Assembly: GCF_000315625.1 (NCBI RefSeq)
Contig: NW_005434667.1
Span: forward strand, 1,133,474 to 1,197,473
Direction: 5' to 3'
DNA: 64,000 nt
From: Guillardia theta CCMP2712
Lineage: Eukaryota > Protista > Cryptophyta
Part shown: piece by piece, positions 26,244 through 39,681 of the stretch
How positions within the stretch are numbered: the stretch's first letter is position 1
Layout of the letters: the number at the start of each line of letters is the position of its first letter
Made by a program: the position numbers and the translations under genes
Notes under the pieces: model-generated
Databases searched by the model: none
What the model saw: the letters and a program-made list of their open reading frames with translations, nothing else
What the model was told of the DNA's origin: nothing

Positions 26244-27843
26244 ATGCAGGAGCTGGTGGGGCGGCGGCATCAGGCCATCGAGCCCACCCTGTCGGTAGAC
26301 CACGACATGGAGCATGACGAGGACCAGCTGAGGTCGATCTCCGACCTCTCCGAGGACACCAGCGGCTTCTGCTCTCCCAGCGCGAGCAACTTGACTGCCC
26401 CTAGCCCCTCCTCCTTCAAAGTTCGCGCAGCCGAGAGTTTCTGCACCTGCCACTTCCTCCCGGTCAACGAGCTGTTGGGCAAGCACACGGTCGAGCAAGG
26501 GGATGGAGTCGTCCTGGAGGGTGAGTGGATGAATGGCAAGATGAATGGCAAGGGTACTTTGCAGAGCGACAAACTAGGGTCATACGCAGGGGATTGGTCG
26601 GATGGTATGATCCATGGCAGGGGAACATTCTACTTCCTTGATGGGCAAATCTTCGAGGTACTTGAGATTGAATGATGCAGGTCTTGTTTCTGGGAAGATC
26701 CTGACGCTGATGTCTCCTACCTCTCTCTCAGGGACTCTTTGTTCATGGAAACCCAACCAACGGAGTGATGAAGAGGTTCGAGATACGTCAAGAGCGGAGC
26801 TAGTTTTTGACGACAGCTTGCAAGCAGAGTCGATGGTTCCAAGGATCTGGTCAAGTTCGACGGGACCAAGTCAATCTTCGATCCTCACTTGCAGGGCCTC
26901 AGCGACACCTCAGACCCTCGGCCAGGTCCGGCAATGGAGCGGCCGCGTGAAGGAGAAGCGAAGTCTTCCCCAGCCATCATGGTCCCTCCTCTGCGATTGC
27001 CGACTGAGAAAGCAGAGACAAGGTTCCCCATGCGCTGCAGTTGCCATGGCAGGAGCGTGCAGGAGATTGTCGGGAAGCACACAGTGGAGGCCTCGGACGG
27101 TCGATTCTACCTCGGAGAATGGCAGGACGGGTTGTGGCATGGCAAGGGCAAGTGGGAGCACCCGACCATCGGGTCGTACATCGGTGAGTGGCATGCGGGA
27201 GTGTTTCATGGGAGGGGCAAGTTCTGCTGGTACGACGGGTCGAAGAGAGACAAGTCAGTCTTCACGTCGCTGACGGTGAGTCAACAGCATGACATGCCTG
27301 TTCTCATCGCTGCTCGTCGCAGGGAGAGTTTGTCATGGGCTGCCCACTGCACGGGATCTTAGAGAAGGAGGATGGCACAAAGTGTCATGTGTACTTCGAC
27401 GGGAAGACTTCGATCCTTGACAAATCGCTTGCGCCCGTGACGATGTACTCGATCAAGTCGACGACCTGCAAATGTCATGGGATGTCATTCGAAGGCCTGG
27501 AAGGGCATCATGTTGTAGAAGAGGCAGATGGAAGGAGGTACGATGGTCATTGGAGGCATGGAATGTGGCATGGGAATGGCACCCTCAACAACCCGGTAAC
27601 AGCTTCTTACTCTTCTGACTTTGATGGTTCTGTTAGATCATCGGTTGTTATGAAGGTGGATTCTACTTGGGTTCATTCCATGGGCAAGGGAGATTGGAGC
27701 TCAAGAATGGCAAGGTGAGGAGATTCGAGAGGATTCCTGTTGATTTCCTCACTGACTGAGCCTGGCAGATTTACGAGGGGGGTTTCGACCATGGAAGATT
27801 TACTGGTGGAGGCGATCAAGCTCTTCTCACGTCATTCACATGA
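26244..27843 (+). CDS. MORN-repeat protein with three MORN blocks, each preceded by CxCH
   Basis: LEGEWMNGKMNGKG, YAGDWSDGMIHGRG, YLGEWQDGLWHGKG, YIGEWHAGVFHGRG, YDGHWRHGMWHGNG, YEGGFYLGSFHGQG. Confidence 0.85.
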
Positions 27844-27972
27844 GAGCTAGTTTGCTGGGGGAGTCCTGACCCTACCCGAACCATTACGATAAGAATCCTA
27901 GGGATTTTATATTTCTTGTGACTCCGAGAAGTCATGTCGTCAACAGGTGTTTGCCTCTACTATTGCGAGAGA

Positions 27973-28398
27973 TCAGCTCATCCGCACTGCTGCGAGCTTC
28001 TTCTTCGGCTTCTTTGCATTCCCTGCCTCCCACCCCTCAATGTCAATGTCTTCGTCCATACTCAGACTCATCTTCAGCGCAGAGGCCTTCGGGGTGACAT
28101 CGATCTTCTTAGGAGGCTGATAGTTGGGTTGTAGTCCCAGCTGACCGAAGAAGTCTGGTTCCTCCCTCGTTTCCTTTTGCTCCATGGGCGCCATCCCATC
28201 GAAGTCTTCCAACCTCTGCAATACAGGAGGCGGCCCGGTGTTGGTGGGTTTACTGTCCCAGTCGTCGAAATGATCCCAATGAGCCCCTGCTTCAAGAGAC
28301 TCCAGCGACGAGTCTCTAGGCGTGCTGTCGCTCTTCTTGGCTGCGTTGATCTTCCTCGGACAAGGGAGGCATTCAAGAGCTTTCTTCAGTGCCCACAT
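27973..28398 (-). CDS. Small intronless protein, EBAG9/RCAS1-like
   Basis: WDHFDDWD...EEPDFFGQLGLQPNYQPPKKI...EGW and the C-terminal KLAAVRMS resemble EBAG9 motifs as I recall them. The likely start is MWALKK at 28398. Confidence 0.5.
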   Translation of the reverse strand: MWALKKALECLPCPRKINAAKKSDSTPRDSSLESLEAGAHWDHFDDWDSKPTNTGPPPVLQRLEDFDGMAPMEQKETREEPDFFGQLGLQPNYQPPKKIDVTPKASALKMSLSMDEDIDIEGWEAGNAKKPKKKLAAVRMS

Positions 28399-28657
28399 GC
28401 CGTTCTTCCCCTCTTCTCCTACAGTCGCTCGTCCTTCCTCTTCCTCTTCCTCTTCCTCTTCCTCTTCCTCTTCCTCCCTGCTCTTCTTGTCCACTTTCCC
28501 TCCTGTTTTCTATGTGCGCGTGTTTCCTCGCATAAAAGAATCGCCAACCCAGCTGTCGAACGTTACGGATGCGTTACACATCGAAAACCTGGATGCGAAT
28601 CCGAAATGCGTCAGTGGCTGGGGACGAGCGAAATGATGCGATAGGCGAGGGAGGGAG

Positions 28658-28709
28658 AGGAGGAGGAGGAGGAGGAGGAGGAGGAGGAGGAGGAGGAGGA
28701 GGAGGAGGA
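28658..28709 (+). repeat. (GGA)n trinucleotide microsatellite in a divergent intergenic region
   Basis: Directly visible in the sequence. Confidence 0.9.
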
Positions 28710-28838
28710 GACGGGGTGGGGGTGGGGGTGGAGGGGGAGAGAGAGAAGGTGAGGAGAAGGAGGAGAAGAGTAAAGGCGGTTGTGAAGCCAGCAAGTTGGT
28801 CGTGAGCAAGGAATAAAGGTGCAGAACAGGCGGCGAAT

Positions 28839-31037
28839 ATGATAAGTGCCAACAAGCCAGAACACAGACCCCTGTCCGAGCGGATCATTGACGATGATCA
28901 GCTCCGCTACGACCTGATGCAAGTGAGAGAGAGGATAGAAGACCTGAAACGCACTAGGATGGAGATAAGGAGAAGGCAGGTGCTCCAGCAGAACAAGATT
29001 GCAGGTGACTACCTATTGGAATCATTTTCCTGTCCGCATGTCGATCTTCCTCCTTCACCTCATTCTTCTCTTTCATTCTTCTATCTTCCCTGTTCTCCTT
29101 GAATCGCTTCTCATCTGCCCCTCGGACATCACCTTCTTACCGCATCTCTTATGCAGATTTCACCGATTGGCTCGACGTCTCGCAGCTCAAGGATGTCCGA
29201 AGATCTGCTTCAGAACTTCTCAGCATGGCAGGTCGTCAAATACAAGTGAGCTCCGAAGAACTAGAGCAGATAGAAGCGAGCATCGCCCAGGAAGAGCGCT
29301 CGTTCGCCATGCTGGAGTCACGGGTGAAGGACACAGAGGCGCAGCTGAAGCCGTCTGAGGTCTTGCTCGTCACTTCCATCACCCCGCCACTGAGCTGGAA
29401 ACTTGACAAGACTCTCGTCGAGAAAGTCGACGAGCCTTCCACAGAGCAGCTGGAGGAGGAGGAGGAGGAGGAGGAGGAGGAGATCGAGGAAAGACATGCA
29501 GGGCATGATGACGCATTATCGACGGACGTATACCGCTACATGCTCTCCTGTCCGGAGGCTGTGTGCTTGTCAGGAGAAGGAAGCATCATAGTTCTGGATA
29601 GTGCCAAGAGCAGTGTGTTCAAAGTTTCGTCATCAGATAAGGTCGAGATCTTAGCCGGCATCGGGATGTCGGGTTACAGCGACGGGAGCACATCCCAAGG
29701 CTCAAGCAAGCATGACGCGCCCGACCACGTTCCTGCTGCATTCAGTCACCCGCGGGGAATGAGCATCGATGAGAGTGGAAACATCTTTGTGTGCGATACT
29801 GGCAACCACTGTATCCGAGGCATCTCCGTTCATGGAAGGATCACAACGATGGCCGGGACTGCGCAGTCTCCCGGGAGTGCCGACGGGCCAGCCCTGAGCT
29901 CCTCGTTCAACCAGCCATGGTGCTGTGTGAGTGGCAGGTTTCATGAAGAGGATTGTTTGTACATCTGCGATTCAGGGAACGACTCGATCAGATGTCTGCA
30001 TGCTGATGAAGGCGGGGCCATGGTCAAGACGATCGTTGGATCTACGTCACAGCAACACAACAGAAACAAGTTGAAGTTTCCCTGGAGTATTGCGTATGTT
30101 GACAACCTCTTATATGTCGGAGACAAGTACAACTATCGATTGGTTGAGCTGAGCCCGGAGAAAGGAGAGATTCTCAGGTGGAAAGCTGCCATACTGCTGG
30201 GCTTAACGTAACTCTTTGTCAGGAGCATCTCCGATCTTTGGCCGTCGAGCTTGCGATTTGCCCCGAGAGGGATAGCGATCAGTGACGACGGCAACATGTA
30301 TCTGACAGACTCTTGGAATTGTAAGGTATCCATGGCGGTCCGAGCTCCTCCCTGTTCTTGACTTCCACAAGGTGTGGAGGTGGAAGGTGGACGGGACGGA
30401 GGCCCTTCAAGAGGTGAGAACGGGTCTTGCATGTCTTGTGGAGCTGAAGTTCAAGTCTCAAGGTCGCGGGCTCTGGGATTCGCTCCCACCGGGACGGTAG
30501 AGGAGAGTTCGCTCAGTTTCTTTATCCCTCCGGAATCGCGGTAGGAAAGTAACAAGATGCAAGTAAATCTCTCACGGGAGACAGGTCGAGTCTGCTAGCT
30601 CTGTGGTGGTTTGCGATACAGGCAATCAGTGTTTGAGAAGATGCAAGTGAGATCGCACTGATGTTGGCTACATGGGTGTTCTCATAGCTGCTCGCAGAAT
30701 GTTGCGCGATGATGAAGTGAAGGAGAAGATGAAGAAACTGGTTCAGAGCATCAACACGAGGAACATCCGTCAGGTCCTTGAACTCTTTCAAAGCTCTCGT
30801 TGCTTAGTGGCATCACAAATTATTCAGGCCATCATCACATGGGCAGTAGCCAGTCAAACGGATTCGACAACGTGGCAGCCGTTCGATGTAGTGCTTTCCC
30901 TTGCACTGGGATCTATTGGTTCGGATTCGTCGGAGTGTCCACTGAAAGTCTTTGAGGACAGGAGCCCTGATCTGCGTGCGATGGTGACAATCAGATATGA
31001 TGTGAATGGTTCTGCATGTGAAGGTCCAGTAGGTTGA
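28839..31037 (+). CDS. Coiled-coil + NHL-repeat beta-propeller protein (multi-exon)
   Basis: FSHPRGMSIDESGNIFVCDTGNHCIR, FNQPW..LYICDSGNDSIR, LKFPWSIAYVDNLLYVGD, FAPRGIAISDDGNMYLTDS, AQFLYPSGIAV. Confidence 0.82.
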
Positions 31038-31167
31038 AACCATTGCTCGGGTCCTGCAGTGGAGGGTTGTGAAGAGCAGATCACAGGCTGAGTTTGAGGT
31101 GCGCAGATTTTACTGCCAGTCTTGAAACGCTGATGCCCTGTATTCATATTCATAGAATTCGCTGGAA

Positions 31168-31740
31168 ATGTCAGATGAGGAGAGAAGAGCGAAGATCGTC
31201 GAGGCGAAGCAGATCTTTGACACGTACGACCAGGACGGTGGTGGGAGCATTGATGCTCAGGAGTTGGTAGAAGCTTGCTGTTTGTCGCCATTCACTCATA
31301 GACATCATTGTAGAAAGAAGCTCTGGCGGCTGCGGACGTCGAGATGAGCGAGGAGGAAGTGGCTTCTCTTCTTGAGGAGTACGATGAGGATGGCTCGGGA
31401 ACAATCTCGTTTGAAGAGTTCTGTCAGATGCAGGTCAGGATCTGTTGACCTCCCGCAGCTCCGTTGGTTGATGCTCGTGCAGGGCCTGAGTCTCACTGAC
31501 ACGGAGAGGGAGGAGTTTCTACCCTCGAGCAGTGACGATGCTACTGGGGTAGACTCCGATCACTCCGAGCTTCCTGACACTGCAGCACAATCTCGCAACA
31601 GGCAGGAGGAGATAGCGCCTTCAGAGGAGAATTCGGAGAAGCAGGGAGCAGAACAGAAAGCTGCAGGCAGTAGGAAATCTTCAGAGCAGCGAGTTGATGA
31701 GAACAAGTCGAAGAAGTCTGTCCCAGCAGCGGACCAGTGA
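31168..31740 (+). CDS. EF-hand calcium-binding protein (two EF-hands plus a disordered tail)
   Basis: FDTYDQDGGGSIDAQEL and EYDEDGSGTISFEEF are canonical EF loops. The gene has two short introns. Confidence 0.85.
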
Positions 31741-32059
31741 AATCAGCTGTCGCAGACTCTTCTCGTACCTCCAAACCTTCAGCAGCATCTTCAGATAAAC
31801 TAGCCAGCCAGACTCAAACTCGAAAGAAATGATAGGTAGTTCATGAGGATCGTAATGTTATAGTTGTTGTTGTATATCTACAGGTAGCTGATGAAATGGA
31901 AAAACTCATATGAGCTCGTTCAGACTCTCTAAGCCGATGGGATCCTTCCTTGACATGGCTCTGGCGGCCATGATATAATCTCTTGGAGAAGGAGCAAGTA
32001 CCACATGCCTGTTATTGTAGTTTCAAACACAAGTGTACAAAGATATGTTCTACAAGTGC

Positions 32060-32834
32060 TCAAAAGATGCTCACCTGTGGATGATCCCACGAGATAGTTT
32101 GGTGTACATCCCCAGCACTATCGAGCAGCCCGGCTTGCCTCGGAGCAACTTTTGAACTTTTCCTGGGTGCATTCCATGCACATCCTTTCCATCCACCGTG
32201 ACAAGGATGTCGCCTACCCCACAGACAGCCTGTCGCTGTAAGAAGAACGATCAGAGGCAGGCGGGTCAAAGAAAAGCACATGGCGCACATCGCAGCATCC
32301 ATACGGCTCCACCTTGGAGATTCTCAGGCAGCCACTGGAATGTTTGACCCCGTTATACTCAAAGTCTTCAACTGATCCCTCCAGCTCTATCCCACAGTCT
32401 ATTTCATCCTCTCCCCGAAGAGAATCAGCAAACTTCTCGACTTGAGCTTGAGCAGCCTTCTGCTTGACATCGGAATCTTTGCCATCAGGCTGCTGATGAG
32501 TTTTCAGACCACTCTCCAAGTCTGCATTTGACCGCAGGATAGCAACTTCTTCTTCTTGTTTCGATGCTATCTCTTCATATTCGTCTGTGAAACAGCAAAT
32601 ATAATTGTAGATCACTTTCATGCAGACTACGAAGACAAGCGCCAAGAATAGGATACTTCCTACAATGACAGCAAGGTTCTTCCATGTGTTCCCTCCTGCT
32701 TCGTTCATGTGTTGCTGGCTTGCACGGAGAACAAGAAGGGCACTGCCAAGGAAGAGGAGAAGGAGGAGAGTAGCGACCAAGTCTTGCTTCCCTGCATTGA
32801 AGATCGGCAACCTTCCTCCCCGCGCCCCCACCAT
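32060..32834 (-). CDS. Hypothetical membrane protein with two hydrophobic segments (3' end uncertain)
   Basis: ORF 32214-32834 contains LVATLLLLLFLGSALLVL and LAVIVGSILFLALVFVVCM. Short exons probably follow. Confidence 0.6.
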
Positions 32835-32927
32835 AGCGCCGCAGGCTCCAGAAATAGAACAAGGTCACCGGTACGGCACAGCCAGCCTGGCCGCCGGGCG
32901 GCTGCCGGGCCGTCACACTGTGTCCTC

Positions 32928-33454
32928 GTACTGATCTTTAACTTAACTTTGAGTAAAGGCCGCGCCTGGGTCGACCCGGGCCGCCGCCGCTGTAGGCTGT
33001 CAACACAGTCTATCCGAGGCCCCCGCTCCCGGGAGTCCGGGCCGCCGCCGCGGCTGAGTCACTACTAGGCTACCCGGTACGGAAGGCTCCGAGTCGGTGT
33101 CAACGGTCTACAGTGTGCATAGTACAAGTCTAACAAACTTGTAGCACTGTGACTCAGTAGTGAGTCGGAGGTGCGGCTCTTTAGCGGCTAGTCACGGCGG
33201 GTCACCGGCAGGCGCACTGGCCGGGGCCCGTGGGCCGGGGCCGGCGGCACCGTGGCACTGTGACGGGCTTAACTTTGAGTAAAGAAAACGGGGCGCTTGA
33301 AGCGGCCCGGCAGCCTTTTTATCAAGTTGAGTGAAATATCAAGTAACTTTTAGTAGTCACCAGGGTCGGACCGTCCGATGGGACCTCAGCCGCAAGCATT
33401 ATGGCATGCAGGGACACAGGACTCTTTACTCAAAGTTAAGTTAAAGATCAGTAC
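32928..33454. mobile_element. Putative MITE-like element bounded by perfect 31-bp inverted repeats
   Basis: GTACTGATCTTTAACTTAACTTTGAGTAAAG (32928-32958) and its exact reverse complement (33424-33454) flank a GC-rich non-coding interior with a partial third copy at 33268-33284. No transposase is present. Confidence 0.55.
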
Positions 33455-34059
33455 TATTGACTTTTTAAAACTCATTATATCACTCTATTAAGACCCTTGT
33501 TGAGTGAAAATAGTGTAGAGCTAGTCCAAAAAGGCCTCAGGCTCATGTCTCTTCGTGGTACGTGCTCGAACAGTTGGGTTTGAATTTTTACAAAAAGATT
33601 AGTTTTCAGATATTTTGCTGACCAACGTCACGAGGTCTCGCTTGTAAAGATGACCGTTTGGAGGTCTAACTTGACTACCCCACCTGGTAAAGCAATGACC
33701 TCTCTGTCATGACCCCTACTTTATGCTTTTTTCCACCTACCCTATGATAAATGCTGTGTACCTTTGGATCCACTTTACCACCCCACAGAAGAGTATCTGT
33801 CTTTACCAACGCCTTTGCGCGCAATGCTAACCAACAATGCCGGCCTCAAGCGGTCAGGCACGAAAGAGTTAGCCATTAACTCAAGGACGGCAGAGCTTGA
33901 CCATATGTGATTAGTGATAGAACCAAGCACAGTCATTGACTGGCAGGAACCGCAAGGCATCTGAGTCTTGTACTTGGTACAAGGTCAAAGTTATCGCGGT
34001 AACTGCTCTAAAGCTCGTATCGACCCTCGTCTTGTTTCTTGGACATTGTTATCAACGTC

Positions 34060-37000
34060 ATGTCTCCTTTGAACAATCAAGAGGAAAGAATTCAGATCAA
34101 TGGCAACGGTCACACAGATATCAATGACGATGCAACGATGAAGAAGATCACCTCGTTGAATAGCCTTCGGTCTGCCAGCGTCACCTCTCCCGTCCACGGC
34201 TTGTTGGAGGACGAGAAAGACAACGATCAGAGAAGTGTCCATAGTCCTCTGTTTTCGAGAATTCTTATCGGGGATACAAATCAAAAGAACTCTCTGAATC
34301 GAACTTCCTCTAGCAAAAGCGCGAAGGCAGCAGAAAAAGTATTGAAGGGGTTTGGTATTTTTTCCCGTCCGGAGAAGAAGCGACACACTATTCTGGTTAC
34401 CCCTGAAAGAAAGCTCCAGAAATTGAAAAGCTCTCAGATCAAGAGGAAAATCCGCAAAGTTCACTTCCGTCTCCCAAAATCCAAGAACGACAAGAGGCTC
34501 CATATCCTAGAGCCTGGGTCAGCGTTCTTAGAGAAATGGTTGAGGTTTATGATGCTTCCTTTGGCATATGAGCTGTGGGCGTTCCCGTTCAGACTTGCGT
34601 TCTGTGATCCAAGATCGTCAGAAATTCTGATCTGTGATCTTGTCTGCGATATCATCTTCTTCTTCGACGCCATGGTTCGGCTCAACACCGCCATCCCGGC
34701 GGAAACGTATCCAGGTCAAACAGAGGCTATAACAGAATGGTCAGGAGTTGCAGAAATGTACGTCAGACACTCTCTCCTCCCCGATCTCCTCCCTATCGTC
34801 ATGTACTGGGTAAGTAACGGCTGATTGTGTTGCAAATCAGTGAAATCTTAACGTTTAGGTGACAACGCTGTCGTTGCGCTCTTTCTCAGGGAGCCTGGTC
34901 TGGATCTGGTGGGCGTTCATGATCCCAAGGCTTGTCACGAGAGTCTCTCGTCTCGCGTTCTTCTTTCGGTCTATGGAAACGAACCTCGAGCTCAACGTTC
35001 GAAACCTTCAGGCGGTCAAGATCTGCCTTGTCATTCTCCTGTCCTCCCACTGGGTGGGTTGCCTATACTACTTTCTGGCAAGAGTGCAATCGTTCAAGGA
35101 GACAACATGGGTACATTGCACTCTCATCGTTTTTTCTCCATGTCGCTGAAATGCCTCGGCAGGTGCGGGACTTTGAACATCTTCTTCCGCTCTACAAGTT
35201 TGACCACAGCACGGTTGCAACGAACTACCTGCTATGCATGTAATGCTTCTTGTCTTTTCCTTTTATCTGTCTCATCTCTTGTTCAAGGTACAAAGGATTC
35301 AATGCACTCTCAAACCTTGCATACGACCTTGGCCTGCCGTCGAACATTGTGGAGATGTTGTACTCGCTGATGGTCATGACAATACAGGTTGACATGCCGC
35401 CATGTATGTTACCATGGTTAAGAGCATGTTGCAGATCTATCTCAGCGCTTTGATTCTCGGAACTCTCCTAAACTACCTCGTGCGCAAGAACCCGACGGAG
35501 GAGGCGCACAAGCAGCACATCGAGCAAGTGAAGCAGTTCATGGAGAGTAAGAGCTTGCCCGTGTCCCTGCAGGAGAGGGTGCTGGGCTACTTCGAGTTCC
35601 AGTACCAGAAGAATGTCAACAGCTCTCTTTCTACTTCCATGGATCTCCCGCGATCTCTTCGCATCAAAGTTGCCAACGCCAACTACCACGATCTCATCGT
35701 CAAGTGCGCCAACAGGGGAAAACCCCTCAACGGCTGTAGCTCGCAGTTCTTCAACGTAAGTGCACCTTGTATTCCTTGATTGAGCTGAGCTCGTGCTGGG
35801 TCTTGCAGGCGCTCATGACGAGGCTCCAAGTGATGCACGTCATGTCAAGTGAGGAGATAGTGAAGAGAGACGAGTGAGTCTTGTTTCCTGCTACCTTCCA
35901 GCTGAGGCTTGCTCCTCCTCCAGGATCCCTCGCGAGCTCTACTTTGTGAGTGAAGGGGCCGCGCTCATCATTGATGAGAAGGAGAGGACGATCGGAGTGA
36001 TCCGAAGCGACGTGCCCGACATCGCTCCCATCATCGGAGAGGTGGAGGGCTTCTCGACTTGATGCCGCTGACTTTTCTTCAGGTTCCCTTCTTCCTCGGC
36101 ATCAACTACGTGCATACCATCAAAGCAAAGGCGGACGAGGATCTTGAGTTGCTCGTCCTGTCCAAGGAGGACAGCTCGGAGCTGTTCAGTAGCTATCCGG
36201 AAGAGCATCAGATCATCTGCGAGAACCTCCTCCGAAAGTTCGACCTGGACGCCAACGGGGACTCGATCAAGGGAGCGCAGGAGGACCTCAGTGACGTGGC
36301 CAAGTTAGCAACCAAGACCAAGATCATTCAGTCCATCAAGAGCCGAGCCGAGCGGCTCTTCTTCTCCCTCTCGCACTCAGCAAACTCGGGTGATGTGGAG
36401 ACTGTCCTGCAGCTAATCCGGCAGGGCGCAGACATCAACAAGTCAAACTACGACAAAAGGACCGTGCTGCACATGGCGTGTGCGGAAGGAAACTATCGGA
36501 TGGTTGAGATCCTCCTCAACAATGGAGCTGAGAAAGACCTCAAGGATAGATGGGGTCAGACGCCTCTCCAGACGGCCATCAACCACAAGCAGCTCATGAT
36601 CGTTGGGCTGTTGACGCAGTGGAAGGCGAGTCTCGGCTTCGAGAACGCGGCGTCAGCGCTGTGCGAGGCATCGGGAGGAGGAGACCTGGCGCAGGTGCGG
36701 AGGCTGATTGAGAACGGGGTCAACGCCAACCTAGGAGACTACGACAGGAGGACAGCTCTGCATGTGGCCAGCGCTGAGGGTCATGACAAGGTGGTGGAGT
36801 ACCTGCTGAGCAAGAAGGCGGATCCCAACGCCGCTGACCGCTGGGGAGGAACGCCGCTGCAGGACGCGCTCTTGAACGGGCACGCGCTGGTGGCAACGCT
36901 GCTCAAGGCGAAGGGAGGGTCGATGCCCAAGGACGTGGGGAGCGAGGAGGTGTGCTCAGCTGCGGGGCTCGGAGACGTGAAGAGGCTGCGGTTGATGCAT

Positions 37001-39582
37001 GACTACGGTCAGCCGACGGACGTTGGGGACTACGACTTTCGCTTCCCCCGTGAGCCGTTGCTGACGTCACCGTGACCATCTGACCTCTCTTGCAGTCCAT
37101 CTTGCAGCTGCTGAAGCCAAGGTCCTGGCTGTCTCCTTCCTCCTCGGCGTCAGCGCAGACCCAAACTGCACCGATCGATGGGGAGGGACGCCAATGGACG
37201 ACACGCTGCGAGGAGGAACGTTGTATCACATGTACTGCGCGAAGCTCATCCAAGGTACTGCGTCTGCTCGCTCCTTCTCTCTGCTCCAAGAGTTTCTCAT
37301 GCCTCCTGTGTTGACATGCTGTGCTCAGGGTGGGGGGGAGAGCTGGGGCTCTACAAGGACACGGAGGAGGGGAGGAGGTTCATGGAGAGGCTGGACTCCA
37401 TCTCGATCAAACAAGTTCGACTGCTGATCAAGTCGCTGATCGACCAAGGGCTGGACAAGACGTCTCCCAAGCACCTCACGGTTGAGGAGCTCAACCTCTA
37501 CCTCAAGGCGAGCGGCGAGATGATGCCTACTGTCCTCCAGCTGTCGTCCAACATCAACAGCGTGACTGGCGACATCCAAGTCTTCCGCGACCTCCTACAC
37601 ACGCAAGTTCTCTTCCTCAAGAGCAAGATTCAGATGATGTTTGATGCTGCTCCTGCCGTCCGAACTCCCTCCTCGTCTCCCGGAGTCAAGTCAGTGTGGA
37701 TGGAGAAGATTCATGCAACGATGCAGAGCATGCAGCTCATAGGCGTGCAGGACCTGGAGAGCATGGTGATCGACGAGCTCGACCTGGATGGCGACATCGA
37801 CTCCGAGACCGAGTACGCCCTCTACGAGGAGCTGGACGAGCTGCTGGAAGCGCAGGAGCGAGCTGAGGCGCAGGGAGTGCACTGGGAGAAGCTGGCGGTC
37901 TCGTCGTTCCGTCAAGCGGCGATGCGGCTGACCGACATCGAGCTGGCGTACGAGCTCTTGACGCGGGTCGCGTGCTCGGCGAAGTCAGACGTGGTGTCCT
38001 ACTTCAGCTCGGACCCCTACATGAGCAGCCAAGACCTCGGTATGGTGCTCTCTATCCTCCGGGTGGAGACGGGGAACATCGACGTGGACGACATGCTGTT
38101 TGAAGTCCAGCAGCACCTCGAGCTGATGGGCAAAAGAACCTTCTCCGACGGCGAGTCCAGCCATCCCGAGGAGGAGCTGACCGGCGCCAACCTGTCGGAG
38201 ATCTTTGCGGGCAGCCCCAAGTTCAGGAAGTGTCTGCTGGGGATGCAGGTAGACTCAACGCTCTGCTCGCTCATGAGGTCGGAGTTGAAGCTGCACTTCA
38301 CTGAGGAGGAGGTGCTGGAGCTGCTCAAGGATCACGGGAAGTTCAACGCCAAGGCAGGAGACACGATCTTTGACGCCTCCAAGCCGGATGGGTCCAGCTG
38401 GTACTTCGTTGTCTCCGGGGACGTCAAGTGCGCACAGGAGGACGGAGGAGCGAACTCAGCTGGGTTCGGAACCAACGGAGGAGGAGGGTCGTTCTTCGGA
38501 GGGATGTACTACCTGACCGGAATCCAGCCAGCTCAAAGTATCGTCGCCCACAGTCAGTCAAAGATTATCAAGCTCAGCAGGAAGAAGCTGGAGGAGCAGA
38601 TGCGAGGGAGGAAAGAGGAGAGCATCCGAGCTCTGGCAAGGCTGATGTTGGAGGCTACGGACGTGAAGAGTCTTGAGGAAGGAGGAGCGAGGAAGGCGAG
38701 CACGAACAACGACTCCTTCCAGAACTCCTTCCAGACCATGCTCAAGAACTTCTCCTTCCGGTCATTCAAGATGTCCACCGGGACGAGCTTGTCGAACTCG
38801 AGGGTAGTTCCCTTTCCTACTCACGAGGCCGGGCAAGGGGGAAAGGGAATAGGCGACAAGCTGTCGAGCGCCTTTGAACTGGAGGAGGAGGAGGATGATG
38901 TACTGGACATCACCATCACAGAGGAAGACCGTCGCAAGCTCAAGGAGGGTTTCACGCTGGTGAGCGAGTGCTGGAAGACTCTCTCCCTTGGCTCCTCGTC
39001 CGTTGCGCACGGGCAGGTGAGGAGCATCAAGACGCTGGTGGGGGAGAGCGGAGCAGAGCTGTTCGAAGGCTTGTTTGCAGACGTGCTGCAGAACGACGCG
39101 ATCGACATCACCGTGAACCGGTTCTGGGCCTGCTGGATCGAATTCCTACATGCCGGAGTGACGGAGACCGACGAATCGCTGAGGCTGAGATCACACAAGG
39201 TGTCCTTCAACCAGGAGGAAAAGAAGGAGAAAGCCGAGCTAGAGGTGGTCGACATGGAGGACGAGGAGCAGGAGGGCATCTTCGAAGCTCTGCACGCGAG
39301 GTTTGCTCCAGTGAGGAGTCTGAGGAAGAGGTTCGCGGAGTATGAGATGAGCATGTGGGAGAGGGAGTACGGCAGGATCGCTGGAGGGCTGAATGAGCCG
39401 CTGAGTAGCGACAAGGTGGAGCAGCTGCTGCGGAATGTGTTCTACGACCATCCGTTCAAGATCACGAGAAAGAACTGCAGGGAGCTTTACGAGTTTGTGG
39501 GCAAGCGATACAGCAGCGATACCAGGATCTTGTGGTCTGACCTCAACAAGGTACCCTGTCGTCTCCTGCTCCTGCTCCTGCC

Positions 39583-39623
<41 letters not shown>

Positions 39624-39624
39624 C

Positions 39625-39681
<57 letters not shown>

